Origin: a virus
Taxonomy: Duplodnaviria; Caudoviricetes
DNA length: 54,946 nt
Virus record (IMG/VR): IMGVR_UViG_3300023106_000155
Span: 1 to 54,946 of that record
Strand: one strand, 5' to 3'
Below the pieces are notes generated by a model, which did not search any database, was not told where the DNA came from, and was given only the letters and a program-made list of their open reading frames with translations. Position numbers and translations under genes: made by a program. Positions 37,373 to 47,458 of the stretch are shown here, one piece after another. How positions within the stretch are numbered: position 1 is the first letter of the stretch; the number at the start of each line of letters is the position of its first letter.

Positions 37373-39061
37373 TTATTTGTTTTGATTTAAGATTATTGAT
37401 GTTGTTTTTTCTAATAGGAGCTTCAAAGGTTCTACGCAAATTGAATTTCCAGCCTGTTTGTAGGCTTGCGAATCAGAAACTCCTGAGAAGTCAAAAGAAT
37501 CAGGAAAATCCATAAGCCGAAAACATTCCCTTGGAGTAAGACGCCTAATTTTTTGCTGGGTAAATACTCCTTGATTGCATTGCGTGTCTAGAGTCTGGCT
37601 AACTTTTTTACCAACCCTTCCGCGTCGTGTTTTTGAATTAGGCTGTGAAAAATTAATAGAATCTTCTTCTTCTTCTGCAAAATCAAAGCCTTTGGCGGTG
37701 TTGGATGAAATCATAACCTTAGTTTCGTGGCCGTGACTTTCGGCTCTTAAACACGGCGCAATTCCATTTGTAATAAACTTTGGTTCCTTGTTTAAATGAC
37801 CTCTGTGTTCAATAATTGTTAAACTATTTTCTTCCGTTAATTGAACAAAAGGCTGTCTATTTCCACCCTGCATAGTGTTTAAAGTTGGAGATATTCCTTC
37901 ATCGGAATAGATTCTATCATTTGAATGAACTGGGTCGTTTAGTTGAATTATTTCTTCCAGTTGAACATATCCATTAGCATATCCATGAGTTCCGGCACAT
38001 ATATTTGAAAAGATTCCTTCATCACTTAAAACTTGTGAAGCCTGAGTGTCCTGATTTATAAAACCAATTTTTATAATATTGTCAGACACGTCAATACTTG
38101 AACTTGATTTTGTAATTATAGATGCAATATCATTTTCATCTTTAAAATTTATTTTTCCATTATTGAAATTATCTTTTCTAGTCATCAGGTAAGAAATCAT
38201 ATCATCAGATAAAAAATACTTTTTCATGTACTCATCAAAAGCTTCCTTACTTTCAAAATCGCTTTCTTTTTCCAGAATATCCTTCAACCTTTTTTCAAGC
38301 GGAAAAGGCTTAGGAAAACTGAAATTATTATCAATATCATCGCGAATTCCGATAATAAATACCCTTTCTCTATTTTGCGGAACTCCAAACTCTTTAGCGT
38401 TTAATACCTGATAATAGATGTGGTATGGAACCGAATCTTCATAAGGGAAGATTGTTTCTTTTCCATTAATCGATTTACCTCCAAGATAATTTAGCCATTC
38501 ATTAAAAGTCCTTCCATACTTCTGACTTTTATCCACTTTATCATGAGAAAGCAATCCTTTCACATTTTCAAACCAAAATGTCTTTGGTTTATTTTTTTTT
38601 ATAAATTCCAATGAATTAAAAAATAAAATACCTCGACGGTCCTCTTTACCTAGTCTTTTTCCTGATATTGAAAAAGCCTGACATGGTGGAGTTGTCCCAT
38701 AACAATCCAAAGGTTCTTCTGGAATTTCCCTTTTATAAACATCCCACGGATAGTAAAATGAAAATGACCTAGCTACTTCTTCTTGAAAATCCTCAATAAA
38801 CTTCCAGTCTTCATCTGTCGGCGGTACCAATTTTGTATTTACAATTCCGGCATAATAAGTATTGTCAATCCTTTTGCATATTTCAGTATTAAGGATTTCC
38901 AAATCCTCTTTCGTTCCGTAATTCAAGATATAATTTCGTCTTGCATACTTATCCATATCACATGCAAATGCTTTTTCCTGAACTACCCCAAGCCTGTTAT
39001 AGGCTTGGTCCATTGCTCCGACTCCAGAAAAGTCACTACCAGTTCTTATAGCAGTTCTCAT
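37373..39061 (-). CDS. dcm: C5-cytosine DNA methyltransferase with enlarged, repetitive target-recognition region
   Basis: FSGVGA, PPCQAFS, ENVKG, PQNRERVF, RRLTPRECFRL, YKQAGNS. Confidence 0.95.
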   Translation of the reverse strand: MRTAIRTGSDFSGVGAMDQAYNRLGVVQEKAFACDMDKYARRNYILNYGTKEDLEILNTEICKRIDNTYYAGIVNTKLVPPTDEDWKFIEDFQEEVARSFSFYYPWDVYKREIPEEPLDCYGTTPPCQAFSISGKRLGKEDRRGILFFNSLEFIKKNKPKTFWFENVKGLLSHDKVDKSQKYGRTFNEWLNYLGGKSINGKETIFPYEDSVPYHIYYQVLNAKEFGVPQNRERVFIIGIRDDIDNNFSFPKPFPLEKRLKDILEKESDFESKEAFDEYMKKYFLSDDMISYLMTRKDNFNNGKINFKDENDIASIITKSSSSIDVSDNIIKIGFINQDTQASQVLSDEGIFSNICAGTHGYANGYVQLEEIIQLNDPVHSNDRIYSDEGISPTLNTMQGGNRQPFVQLTEENSLTIIEHRGHLNKEPKFITNGIAPCLRAESHGHETKVMISSNTAKGFDFAEEEEDSINFSQPNSKTRRGRVGKKVSQTLDTQCNQGVFTQQKIRRLTPRECFRLMDFPDSFDFSGVSDSQAYKQAGNSICVEPLKLLLEKTTSIILNQNK

Positions 39062-41703
39062 AATAAGACATCAAATAAAGTTGGTACCGATTGGTGATAT
39101 TCTTCAGCGCTGAGGTACTCGACTGAATCTTTCCAATACAGTTCATTTAGCTCTGTTCCGATTCCCCTGCGCCCAGCTTTTATTGCACGAAGAGGTACTG
39201 TTCCTAGACCACAGAAAGGATCATAGATGAGGTCATCTGGATTCGTGTATCGGTCAATTGCTCGGTCAACGATATCGAACTGCAAAGGGCAAACATGCTT
39301 TTCTTTCTTTTTAGATGATTGCTGAGTGTTAAGCGTATTCATTCGGTTGATATCATCCCACACAAAATCATTTTGAGTGTGCGTCCACGGGCTCAATGCC
39401 ATAAATCCAGATGGAAGCTTATTTATTTCATCCAGCGATTCGCATAGGGCAATATGTTCTTCAAAATCATAAGGTGTATTTTGGCAGTATTCTTTCCAAC
39501 GCTTAGAAATTTGAGAAAGATTAAGTGATCTCAATTCTTCAGGCTTCATCAGCCTGTTTCCTGAACTTTTCCAATGCGAGTGAGCATCCATCTGCCAATG
39601 TCCGCGGCTCAATTGTTTATGAGGCAAAAGATCTATTAAATTACTTTGCTCTTTGCAGTCAGGGCAGATTGCAACGGTTTCACCTACTAGCTCCCATTTT
39701 TTAGATTGCTTTTGCTTAGCATTGCATTTTGGACAGATATAGTGTCCAGCTTTCATTTTTAATACAGGATTGTCAGAGTAAGCATTTGTAATATCCGTTG
39801 GCGCCTTTCTAAAAATCAGGAGATATTCAGGCGAACCGCATCCCATTTTTGAACCATCCTTACAGTTTTCGCTCCAACCCAATCGGTAAGTCTGGTTGTT
39901 TTCTCTGACTACATCCGTTGTGATATAATGTTCACCCAAAAGGAAAAACCCGTGTTTTAAAAAGCTTTCCGTTGTCAATCCTCTAAAATCAATTAGAGAA
40001 GTAAAACCAACTCCATTCTGATAGCTGAACTGAATTCTATTTTTGACGTGAATTGCTGCGATTCTGCCAGGCTCAAGAACTCTCAATAATTCCGGCACCA
40101 GAAAATCCATCTGCTTGAAGAATCCATCATTGCCGTCATTGTGCCCAAAATCGCGGTAATTTTCACAGTATTCATATTGATCGCTGAAAGGGATTGAAGT
40201 CAAAACCATCTGGATAGAATTATCCTCCATCGTTTTTACTTCTTCAATACAGTCGTTATTGATCAGAGTTGCTTTTTTGCCTTTCCATTCCTGGCGCTCG
40301 ATATTAATGGCTCGTTTCAATTCTTCGATTTGCGCTTTCTGATCAAGGCCGTATTTTTTCATAAGAGCTGTCATTTCAGTTATCATTTTCTTATGGTTTG
40401 CCCATTTCTCCATAAGCTTTTTCAAAATATCAACCTCAACATCAGTATAAACCAAATGGATGTTGACCTCGTTTTTTTGCCTGAATCTCAGGATCCTGTG
40501 AATTGCCTGAATGAAATCCTTGAATTTATATCCTATGCCTGTGAAAATTGCATCAGAGCAATGGCCTTGAAAATTGCAACCTGCCCCAGCGATTGACGGT
40601 TTTGTTGCCAGATACTGATACTTTCCATGCTTAAATTCATTCAGATAATTTTCCTTAATTGTCGCGGACTGGCTTCCAAAAACGGTTTTTGTTTTTTCTT
40701 TTGGAAGAAGATATTCTAAAAGCTTTCTCTCATCTTCAAGATCATGCCAGAAAATGAAATTTCTATCTGGAGTCTCGCTGGCGATTTCAACCGCTTTTTC
40801 ACATCTTGCTATCAAAGAATCTCTTTTTTCCCTGGCAGCATCCGGCAAACTTTTAGACGGGTCCGTAAACATTTTTACATTTCCGTCGCGATCAATACTC
40901 TGAGATCTTCCTTCTAAGTCGATTTGATGATAATGTACTTTCAGTTCTGGCAATCTGTAACCTTCATCAGAATAACCCAAATCAGATGGATACTCAATGA
41001 AAATAGCCCAGCTACGAACCCACATCCAGAATTCTTTTTCCTTATGAGGATAAAGAGTAAGGTTTCCGGCTGTCGTACTATCACGCTGGAAGAATCTCGT
41101 AAGGGCCTGACCTCGATCACATACTCCAAGAAATTGCGCATAGTTGAGAATTTCGGTATATTCATTTGGCGCCGGAGTAGCTGTAGCAATAAATCGATAA
41201 TTGATTTTTGACATTTCCTTGAGGATATAATCGGCTGTGATTGTATCAAGGTTTCTGATAGCATCACCCTCATCGAACGATACCCCTCCAAAGAAATCAA
41301 CATCAAATTTACCTTCACGGATCCTGTCATAGTTTGAAAGTAAAATCATTGTTTCTGGATCATAACTAATTGATGATTCAGCATCTTCCTGGTCCAATAC
41401 ATAATTGATTTCCAGGCCTAAGATGTTTTTCGCATCGTCGCGGAATTCACCGACAACGCCCAATGGCAAACCGATAAGAAACGGTTTTCCGGTTTGCTTG
41501 ATAACTGCTTTTGCAATTTCAAGCTGGATAATCGTTTTACCTAATCCAAAGCTGCAAAAGATAGCGCGCCTTCCTCCATGAAGCGCCCATTGGCAAACAT
41601 CTCTTTGATGCGGGAAAGTATTATCATGAAAATCAGAATAATCAAATCCTGTATTTTTGACTTCTAAAATTTTTGATTCTAGAAATTCAGTGTAGTTGTC
41701 CAT
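39058..41703 (-). CDS. SNF2-like helicase fused to N4C/N6A DNA methyltransferase with a zinc-ribbon insert
   Basis: GLGKT, FDEG, TATPAPN, QAIHRILR; TSIPF and DPFCGLGT; CPKC..CPDC. Confidence 0.88.
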   Translation of the reverse strand: MDNYTEFLESKILEVKNTGFDYSDFHDNTFPHQRDVCQWALHGGRRAIFCSFGLGKTIIQLEIAKAVIKQTGKPFLIGLPLGVVGEFRDDAKNILGLEINYVLDQEDAESSISYDPETMILLSNYDRIREGKFDVDFFGGVSFDEGDAIRNLDTITADYILKEMSKINYRFIATATPAPNEYTEILNYAQFLGVCDRGQALTRFFQRDSTTAGNLTLYPHKEKEFWMWVRSWAIFIEYPSDLGYSDEGYRLPELKVHYHQIDLEGRSQSIDRDGNVKMFTDPSKSLPDAAREKRDSLIARCEKAVEIASETPDRNFIFWHDLEDERKLLEYLLPKEKTKTVFGSQSATIKENYLNEFKHGKYQYLATKPSIAGAGCNFQGHCSDAIFTGIGYKFKDFIQAIHRILRFRQKNEVNIHLVYTDVEVDILKKLMEKWANHKKMITEMTALMKKYGLDQKAQIEELKRAINIERQEWKGKKATLINNDCIEEVKTMEDNSIQMVLTSIPFSDQYEYCENYRDFGHNDGNDGFFKQMDFLVPELLRVLEPGRIAAIHVKNRIQFSYQNGVGFTSLIDFRGLTTESFLKHGFFLLGEHYITTDVVRENNQTYRLGWSENCKDGSKMGCGSPEYLLIFRKAPTDITNAYSDNPVLKMKAGHYICPKCNAKQKQSKKWELVGETVAICPDCKEQSNLIDLLPHKQLSRGHWQMDAHSHWKSSGNRLMKPEELRSLNLSQISKRWKEYCQNTPYDFEEHIALCESLDEINKLPSGFMALSPWTHTQNDFVWDDINRMNTLNTQQSSKKKEKHVCPLQFDIVDRAIDRYTNPDDLIYDPFCGLGTVPLRAIKAGRRGIGTELNELYWKDSVEYLSAEEYHQSVPTLFDVLL

Positions 41704-41743
41704 TTTTTCTGAAATGTTTTCAAGAAAAATTATGGTTGAATAA

Positions 41744-42154
41744 TTAGTGGCTGTTCGCCTGGCAATCTTTTTTATTCTCTATTAATTCTCGCAAATCTTT
41801 TGCGAAATCTTCGACGTTTACCGCGGTATACCTTAAAATGCTCCATCCATGAATTGCGGCAAGATTATATTTCACACAATCTTCTGTATATCCGACAAGA
41901 GTAGTATGCCCGCTTTTTTCGCTATTTAATCCTTCGTACTCAATTGCAATCATCATATCTGGTAAAGCGAAATCAAAGCGAAACTTTCTAATCGAATGAA
42001 ACTTCAATTCTTGTACGAATGGCAATTTTAGAAGCGTCAGATGATTTTTAATATGCTGCACTCCCTTGGGCAATTCTTTAGGAATTTTTACGGCCCTTGA
42101 ATGCGGTGGGACTTTTTGGAATTTTTCAACGTCTGATATTTTCCATTTTTTCAT
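41744..42154 (-). CDS. Vsr/DUF559-like endonuclease
   Basis: FH..RKFRFDFA, IAIEYEG, D..KYN.A...GW.ILRYT. Confidence 0.8.
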   Translation of the reverse strand: MKKWKISDVEKFQKVPPHSRAVKIPKELPKGVQHIKNHLTLLKLPFVQELKFHSIRKFRFDFALPDMMIAIEYEGLNSEKSGHTTLVGYTEDCVKYNLAAIHGWSILRYTAVNVEDFAKDLRELIENKKDCQANSH

Positions 42155-42165
42155 TATCTGTTATT

Positions 42166-43113
42166 TTAGAATGGTACGTCATCATTTTCATATTTGTCAA
42201 ATGCTTCATTTGGAGTTGCTTTGAAATTCATTTCCGGAGCTTTAAATTGAACTCCCAATACATCTCCTTCAGAAGTTTGAAACGTTCCATCTTCATCGAC
42301 TTTGTAGGGCATTGCATCTGTATTTTTTATACTGAAATAAAAATTATCGAATGCATAACCCCTAGAATATTGATGCACTGTTTCAATCACTTTTTTAGTT
42401 GCATCAGTTGGTTTCAGAAGTATTACGCTTTCAGCCTTTTTTATTAAAGTGCTTCCTAGATGCCCTGTAGCTTTATCTGTACCGTATGCACTGTGAATAA
42501 TGGCGCAAATATGAATTTGCAATTCTTCGGTCCATTTCAGAAGATAAGAGGCGAGCTCGTTTGCTTCAGAAAGATCATTTGTATCGGTAACTAAATCAGC
42601 TGCACCGTCCAGAAGTACAAACTTGATATTTGGCGTGTTGTAAATAATATGCTCGATAAATTGAATTCTTTCGCGAGGAGTTAAAGTTCTAAGCATGTAT
42701 GGCATATAATTTTTATATTCTTTGCCAGATATTTCAATTGCACGGCTGAAAGTTTTTTGAGCATAATATCTAGATTGCTCAGTATCGAAATCCACAATCA
42801 CATCATCTTCACTTTTACGATGGCCCTTAATATTATCAAAGTGGTTCTTAGAATTCCCTCCTATGAAAGCGCCAGCAAAAACTGATTTTAAAAATGACTT
42901 TTTAGTTTTAGAAGGTGCAACCAGAAGACTGAACTCTCCAGCTGTCATAACAGAAGTTGGATATGATTGGTTTTTGTATGGATGGTCTCCAATCGAAATT
43001 ATAGTTTCAGGCCTTTCTACTTTTACAGATAAGTCAACGAACGTTAGTTTTTTAAGCGCTTCAAAGTCCATTTTAGGACCGTCTTTGTTTGATATTTCAA
43101 TTTCGTTGAACAT
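42166..43113 (-). CDS. RecA-fold AAA ATPase (helicase-like)
   Basis: Degenerate Walker A APSKTKKS, DTEQS, LLDG.AD, GHLGS. Confidence 0.8.
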   Translation of the reverse strand: MFNEIEISNKDGPKMDFEALKKLTFVDLSVKVERPETIISIGDHPYKNQSYPTSVMTAGEFSLLVAPSKTKKSFLKSVFAGAFIGGNSKNHFDNIKGHRKSEDDVIVDFDTEQSRYYAQKTFSRAIEISGKEYKNYMPYMLRTLTPRERIQFIEHIIYNTPNIKFVLLDGAADLVTDTNDLSEANELASYLLKWTEELQIHICAIIHSAYGTDKATGHLGSTLIKKAESVILLKPTDATKKVIETVHQYSRGYAFDNFYFSIKNTDAMPYKVDEDGTFQTSEGDVLGVQFKAPEMNFKATPNEAFDKYENDDVPF

Positions 43114-43118
43114 TAGCT

Positions 43119-43652
43119 TTATGGTTTATCTTGATATTTTTTTTTGAGATCGAAAACAAGTTTTTTTATAAATGAATTGAATTCTGCATCTGTGTAATCT
43201 GAAAGAAATTCTTCAACTAGATTTTTTTGATTTTGAGCTATAAGTTTATTTTTAACTTCCCTTATCTGTTCTGCATTCTTAGATACGATTTCACTTCTGG
43301 GAACTAAAACAAATTCTTTGTCAAAAGCCCTCATCAATCTAATTCTAGGAACTTCTTTTCTGAATTTTTCTGAAAAATTTTTCAATGGCAATTCAAGTAT
43401 TTCATCAATAACTTCGAGCGCAGATTTCATTGTTCTTTCAGTTCCAGATGTAAGCATGAGCAACTTTTCAATCAACAGTTTTGCAAATAGCTTATCTTCC
43501 ATGATTGCATTCTCATAATTCTGATTTAGAGTTTTAACGATGAGGTTAAAAGCTTCGCGATCTTTATCATTTGGATTAATCTTGCTGTTTTGCAATCTCC
43601 ATGAAATATGCTTTACAGCTTGTATAATATTGAATTCTGTCTGTGTCTGCAT
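43119..43652 (-). CDS. Hypothetical protein in replication module
   Basis: 177-aa ORF. Confidence 0.7.
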   Translation of the reverse strand: MQTQTEFNIIQAVKHISWRLQNSKINPNDKDREAFNLIVKTLNQNYENAIMEDKLFAKLLIEKLLMLTSGTERTMKSALEVIDEILELPLKNFSEKFRKEVPRIRLMRAFDKEFVLVPRSEIVSKNAEQIREVKNKLIAQNQKNLVEEFLSDYTDAEFNSFIKKLVFDLKKKYQDKP

Positions 43653-43664
43653 GATTTATTTTTT

Positions 43665-44555
43665 TTAAACATCTCCTTTCTGGAACATTTCTGTTTTACC
43701 TTGCGGAGTGTACTTTTTACTCTTATCAAAAATTTTGTTTTTGTTAATCCAACAATCAAGCATTTTTTCAAAGTTTTCTCTTTGCAGTATCCAGTCGGGC
43801 CTAACTCTCACTGTTGGCAAAGTGTCTTGAAAGAAAAGGCCGGCAATTGCACATTCGAACTGTTTTTTTGAAAAGATATTTACCAATGATTTAAAATTTT
43901 GTTTTTCAAATGGGAGAAGTTTATCAAAACCACAATTTTGCTTATCATAATACAATCTTGCCCTTTTCCATATTTCTATAAATTCAGATTCTGTAATGAA
44001 TTCTTTTTGGATAATTATTTCAATTTTATCCTCAATTTTTTCTTCCGGATTTATATATATTTTTTCTTCTTTACTTTCCTTTACTTTACTCTTCTTTACT
44101 TTAGGGATAACTTCCGCAAGATTGGTATCTATTGCCGTCAATCTTACGTAAGATTGACCGTTTTTTGCGCTTATTTCGTTTAAAATGTCGCTGTATTGAA
44201 AAATTTTACCTTTTCTGTTTCTGTAAGCATCTTCGATTGAATTAGCAAATTTTTGACTCCAAATGACCTTATGATTTTCAAATAAAAATTTATCAATTGC
44301 TCCTAATTTTGCTAAATCGTTTAATATTTCTAAAGTCAAATCTTCACTAATTCTGAAGTTAATTGCCAAATACATTAAAGTTGTTTCTTCGGATATGTCG
44401 ATGTAATGATTATTTGCCTTTCCAAGCTCTTCTAATAGCTTAAACCATGTAGCATAACCATCATTCCCATATTTACCCTGTATGATGCTCATTTTACGTC
44501 CATGCCCGCAAGGGTGTGGAAAGTAGTCAACATCTTTTCTTTGCTCTCTTGCCAT
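43665..44555 (-). CDS. Replication initiator / replisome organizer (DUF4373/Lin1244-like)
   Basis: MAR...DYFPH, YGNDGYATWFKLLE, KVKKSKVKESK linker. Confidence 0.8.
   Translation of the reverse strand: MAREQRKDVDYFPHPCGHGRKMSIIQGKYGNDGYATWFKLLEELGKANNHYIDISEETTLMYLAINFRISEDLTLEILNDLAKLGAIDKFLFENHKVIWSQKFANSIEDAYRNRKGKIFQYSDILNEISAKNGQSYVRLTAIDTNLAEVIPKVKKSKVKESKEEKIYINPEEKIEDKIEIIIQKEFITESEFIEIWKRARLYYDKQNCGFDKLLPFEKQNFKSLVNIFSKKQFECAIAGLFFQDTLPTVRVRPDWILQRENFEKMLDCWINKNKIFDKSKKYTPQGKTEMFQKGDV
44069..44102. repeat. CTTTACTTT repeats within initiator gene (possible origin iterons)
   Basis: Three copies at 44069, 44079 and 44094 next to an AT-rich run. Confidence 0.4.
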
Positions 44556-44557
44556 AG

Positions 44558-45712
44558 TTATTTCTTTTCAAATGCAACATTTGTCAATTGTCGCCCATTA
44601 TTCCATATTGAAAACAATCCTTTTTCAGTTTTCCTTATTTCCATAGTCTCGACTTTACCGAAGAATTTAATGTTACCGCCAAGATCAACTATCCAAGCAT
44701 TTTCCTTAGTTGGTGCAATTCTCATACCTCGACCTACAATCTGATAATAAAGAGATAAAGACATTGTACTTCTCGCAATCAACACAGTTTCAAGTTCTGG
44801 ATAGTCAAATCCTGTTGTCAGCACTCCAACATTTACCAAGCATCTAATAATACCTTTTTTGAACTTGCTGAGGATTCTTTCGCGTTCATCTTTTTTTGTT
44901 TCTCCCGTGAGAATTACAGCTCCTGGAATTCTTTTTACAACACTTTGGGCTTCTTCAATTAAAGAGCAGAAAATCAAAAGGTTTTTTCTTTTAGCCAATA
45001 GCTGTGTTGAATACTTTACAATAATTGAGGGCATGTCGATTATTTTATAATACCTTTTCAAACTCGCTTCTGTAAAATCGGTTCCTGAACTGTTCATTTG
45101 AAGAGCTGATCTGTCAACAACATCAAATGAATAATATTCTAGTTTAGAAAGGTAACCAGCATCAAAAAGAACCGCATTTTGTACATAATAAAGAATGCTT
45201 GAAAAGATCTTTGGTCGTGTTCTGGTTAAGAATTTTAGCTGGGCTCCATAAGAATCATTTGTAAGGCGATAAGGCGTTGCTGTCAATCCTAAAACTTTAG
45301 CCTCTGGAAAAGCCTTTATAAATTCTTCATACATTCCGCCTTTAGCATTCACCAGATGACATTCATCAATAATTATATTTTTTAATCCGGTAAATAGGTG
45401 CTTCTTTTTAATAATACTTCCAATTGTGCAAAATGTAACCCTGTCAATTTTCTTTTGTCCAGCTGAAGCGCTGTAAACTGTTGCGTAATATCCATAAGAT
45501 ACATACTTGGCGAAATTCTGTTCTAAAATTTCTTTAGAAGGCTGCAGTATTATAGTTTTACCGTCGAGCGGTGCAATTATATTTGATATAACAATTGACT
45601 TTCCAGCTCCGGTTGGAAGTATTAAGATTGCATTCTTTTTAGACTTGCTTTTGAAATAATCAACACCTGCTGTTACAGCATCTTGCTGATATGGTCGTAA
45701 CTGGAAAGCCAT
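44558..45712 (-). CDS. Superfamily II DNA helicase (RadD/YejH-like)
   Basis: LRPYQ, PTGAGKS, DECH, TATP, TGFD, QIVGRG.R. Confidence 0.92.
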   Translation of the reverse strand: MAFQLRPYQQDAVTAGVDYFKSKSKKNAILILPTGAGKSIVISNIIAPLDGKTIILQPSKEILEQNFAKYVSYGYYATVYSASAGQKKIDRVTFCTIGSIIKKKHLFTGLKNIIIDECHLVNAKGGMYEEFIKAFPEAKVLGLTATPYRLTNDSYGAQLKFLTRTRPKIFSSILYYVQNAVLFDAGYLSKLEYYSFDVVDRSALQMNSSGTDFTEASLKRYYKIIDMPSIIVKYSTQLLAKRKNLLIFCSLIEEAQSVVKRIPGAVILTGETKKDERERILSKFKKGIIRCLVNVGVLTTGFDYPELETVLIARSTMSLSLYYQIVGRGMRIAPTKENAWIVDLGGNIKFFGKVETMEIRKTEKGLFSIWNNGRQLTNVAFEKK

Positions 45713-45717
45713 GCTAT

Positions 45718-46254
45718 TTAGACTTTGTTATTTTCGAAATCCTCACCTTCAGCTTCTAAAAACTCAATTGTTTCCTGTTCGAATTGAGGAGCCGTCTTGC
45801 CGTCCATATACTCTTCAACCTCAGATACGGCCACATTTAATCTAGATTCTAATTCATCTAGATATAAATAGTTACCATTTAATTTAAGTCTAGGAGTTGT
45901 TGGGGTCATTGCTCCATAAGGAGTTTCTTTTGAGCCAAACAATACAACGGAACGGTTTTCCTCAGAACCAGAAATTTTAAAACCAAAAACATTGTATTTT
46001 TCCAATTCCTCCTTAGCTTCAAGTTCATCCAGAGATGTTTGGTTATTTGCCCAATGAGAGAAAGCGCCATCAACATGTGCTAAGAAAACTGTAAGATCTG
46101 AAAATGATTTTTGCAGATCATCATGAATTACGTGAACGCCTCCACGATTTAAAGTATCGCCTTTAGTTTTTCCTGTTAAAAGCTCGTACCCATAAGAACA
46201 CTGCATATCCTTGATTGATGCGTTCTTGATTTCAACTTCCTTTGTAGTTTCCAT
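45718..46254 (-). CDS. Hypothetical acidic protein (start likely METTKE)
   Basis: ORF; the upstream extension in the track overlaps the previous gene. Confidence 0.7.
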   Translation of the reverse strand: METTKEVEIKNASIKDMQCSYGYELLTGKTKGDTLNRGGVHVIHDDLQKSFSDLTVFLAHVDGAFSHWANNQTSLDELEAKEELEKYNVFGFKISGSEENRSVVLFGSKETPYGAMTPTTPRLKLNGNYLYLDELESRLNVAVSEVEEYMDGKTAPQFEQETIEFLEAEGEDFENNKV

Positions 46255-46276
46255 AAATATAATTGAGATTAAAAAT

Positions 46277-46495
46277 TTACTTAATTTGAGAAGATTTAGG
46301 AATGCTTCTCTGATTGGATAGTGCTTTGATCGCCTTTTCAATTTGCATTTCTATATTAGCAAAAGGCTTCAATGATTTTGTAATATCAGTAAGATGTAAC
46401 GGTCCAGAATTGCTTAAATATTTAGAGCCTATTTCGCTATTCTTTTTCTTAAGATCTATAAGACTTGAAATTGTATTTTCTATGCTCATAACCAT
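46277..46495 (-). CDS. Hypothetical protein
   Basis: 72-aa ORF in operon. Confidence 0.55.
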   Translation of the reverse strand: MVMSIENTISSLIDLKKKNSEIGSKYLSNSGPLHLTDITKSLKPFANIEMQIEKAIKALSNQRSIPKSSQIK

Positions 46496-46743
46496 TCGAG
46501 TGTTTTAGCAACGATATTATTGAATCGCTGTTTAGTTACTTTGCCTAATTTCCCTTCAAATGAAATAGCTACTCTAATTTTGTCTCCTTTTTTCATTTTT
46601 TTCAATATATCTTTTAGGCCTTCTTCTCTTACCTCAACAAAGCATCTTTCGTTTACGTTAATGCTAACTGTTAATATTTTTTTCTTAAATTCAGATGAAC
46701 CTTCTGTGTAAATACCCTGAATTCTTCCTTGTATAATATTCAT
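46486..46743 (-). CDS. OB-fold / SSB-like protein (DUF3127-like)
   Basis: IQGRI, FKK, GDKIRV...EGK....FNNI pattern. Confidence 0.6.
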   Translation of the reverse strand: MNIIQGRIQGIYTEGSSEFKKKILTVSINVNERCFVEVREEGLKDILKKMKKGDKIRVAISFEGKLGKVTKQRFNNIVAKTLEWL

Positions 46744-47174
46744 ATGTATTGCTTATTATTTTCAATTTGTATTTCTAATTCCCTCAAGTGATTTAAATCA
46801 TTTGGTTCAGGAAGATAAATCCCAGCTTCTTTCGAAGAATAATCCCTAAACCTGTCAATGCATAAAGTCATTTCAGCAGTATCTAAATTGGCGCTGCTTC
46901 TCCATCTTTCGATTTTAATCAGCTTTCCAAATTCTCCATCATAAAAAGTATTAGGATTGACAATCTTCTTGAATATTTCCTGCTTGACTTCTTCTGCAGT
47001 GTAACCAGTCTTAAGAGCAAACCATGCTAAAATCAAATGCAAATAATTATTTTGGGAAATTGACCTTCTTTTGCGTTTTTCTTTTATTTCAAAAACTTTG
47101 TTATGCGTTACCAGATATTTAATTTTATCAATGGCCTTTTGCACATCAACTTTATTTTCTGGATTATACCACAT
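46740..47174 (-). CDS. NinB/YbcN-like recombination accessory protein
   Basis: RSISQNNYLH, SSA.L...EM...ID, GIYLPEP. Confidence 0.7.
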   Translation of the reverse strand: MWYNPENKVDVQKAIDKIKYLVTHNKVFEIKEKRKRRSISQNNYLHLILAWFALKTGYTAEEVKQEIFKKIVNPNTFYDGEFGKLIKIERWRSSANLDTAEMTLCIDRFRDYSSKEAGIYLPEPNDLNHLRELEIQIENNKQYI

Positions 47175-47176
47175 GA

Positions 47177-47458
47177 TTAAGGAAGCTTGGATTTAACTTC
47201 TTCTCTGAATGCTATAATAATTGACATCGAATTGTCAAGTTTTTCCAACATCTCCTTTACCTGTTTTTGATCATTTAAATCATTGAGCCATCTAATAGTT
47301 CCGTTGCAATCAGATAATCTAATTTCAGCCGTTCCATCCTTTCTAATTTTGGCATGAATGGCGCTCATCGATGTTAAACTATCTGGAGCAATGAAAATCT
47401 TTTTATTGTAAACAACATGCTCTTTCTTTTTTTCCTTTTTCTTTTTTAGCTTAGCCAT
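47177..47458 (-). CDS. Hypothetical protein
   Basis: 93-aa ORF. Confidence 0.65.
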   Translation of the reverse strand: MAKLKKKKEKKKEHVVYNKKIFIAPDSLTSMSAIHAKIRKDGTAEIRLSDCNGTIRWLNDLNDQKQVKEMLEKLDNSMSIIIAFREEVKSKLP

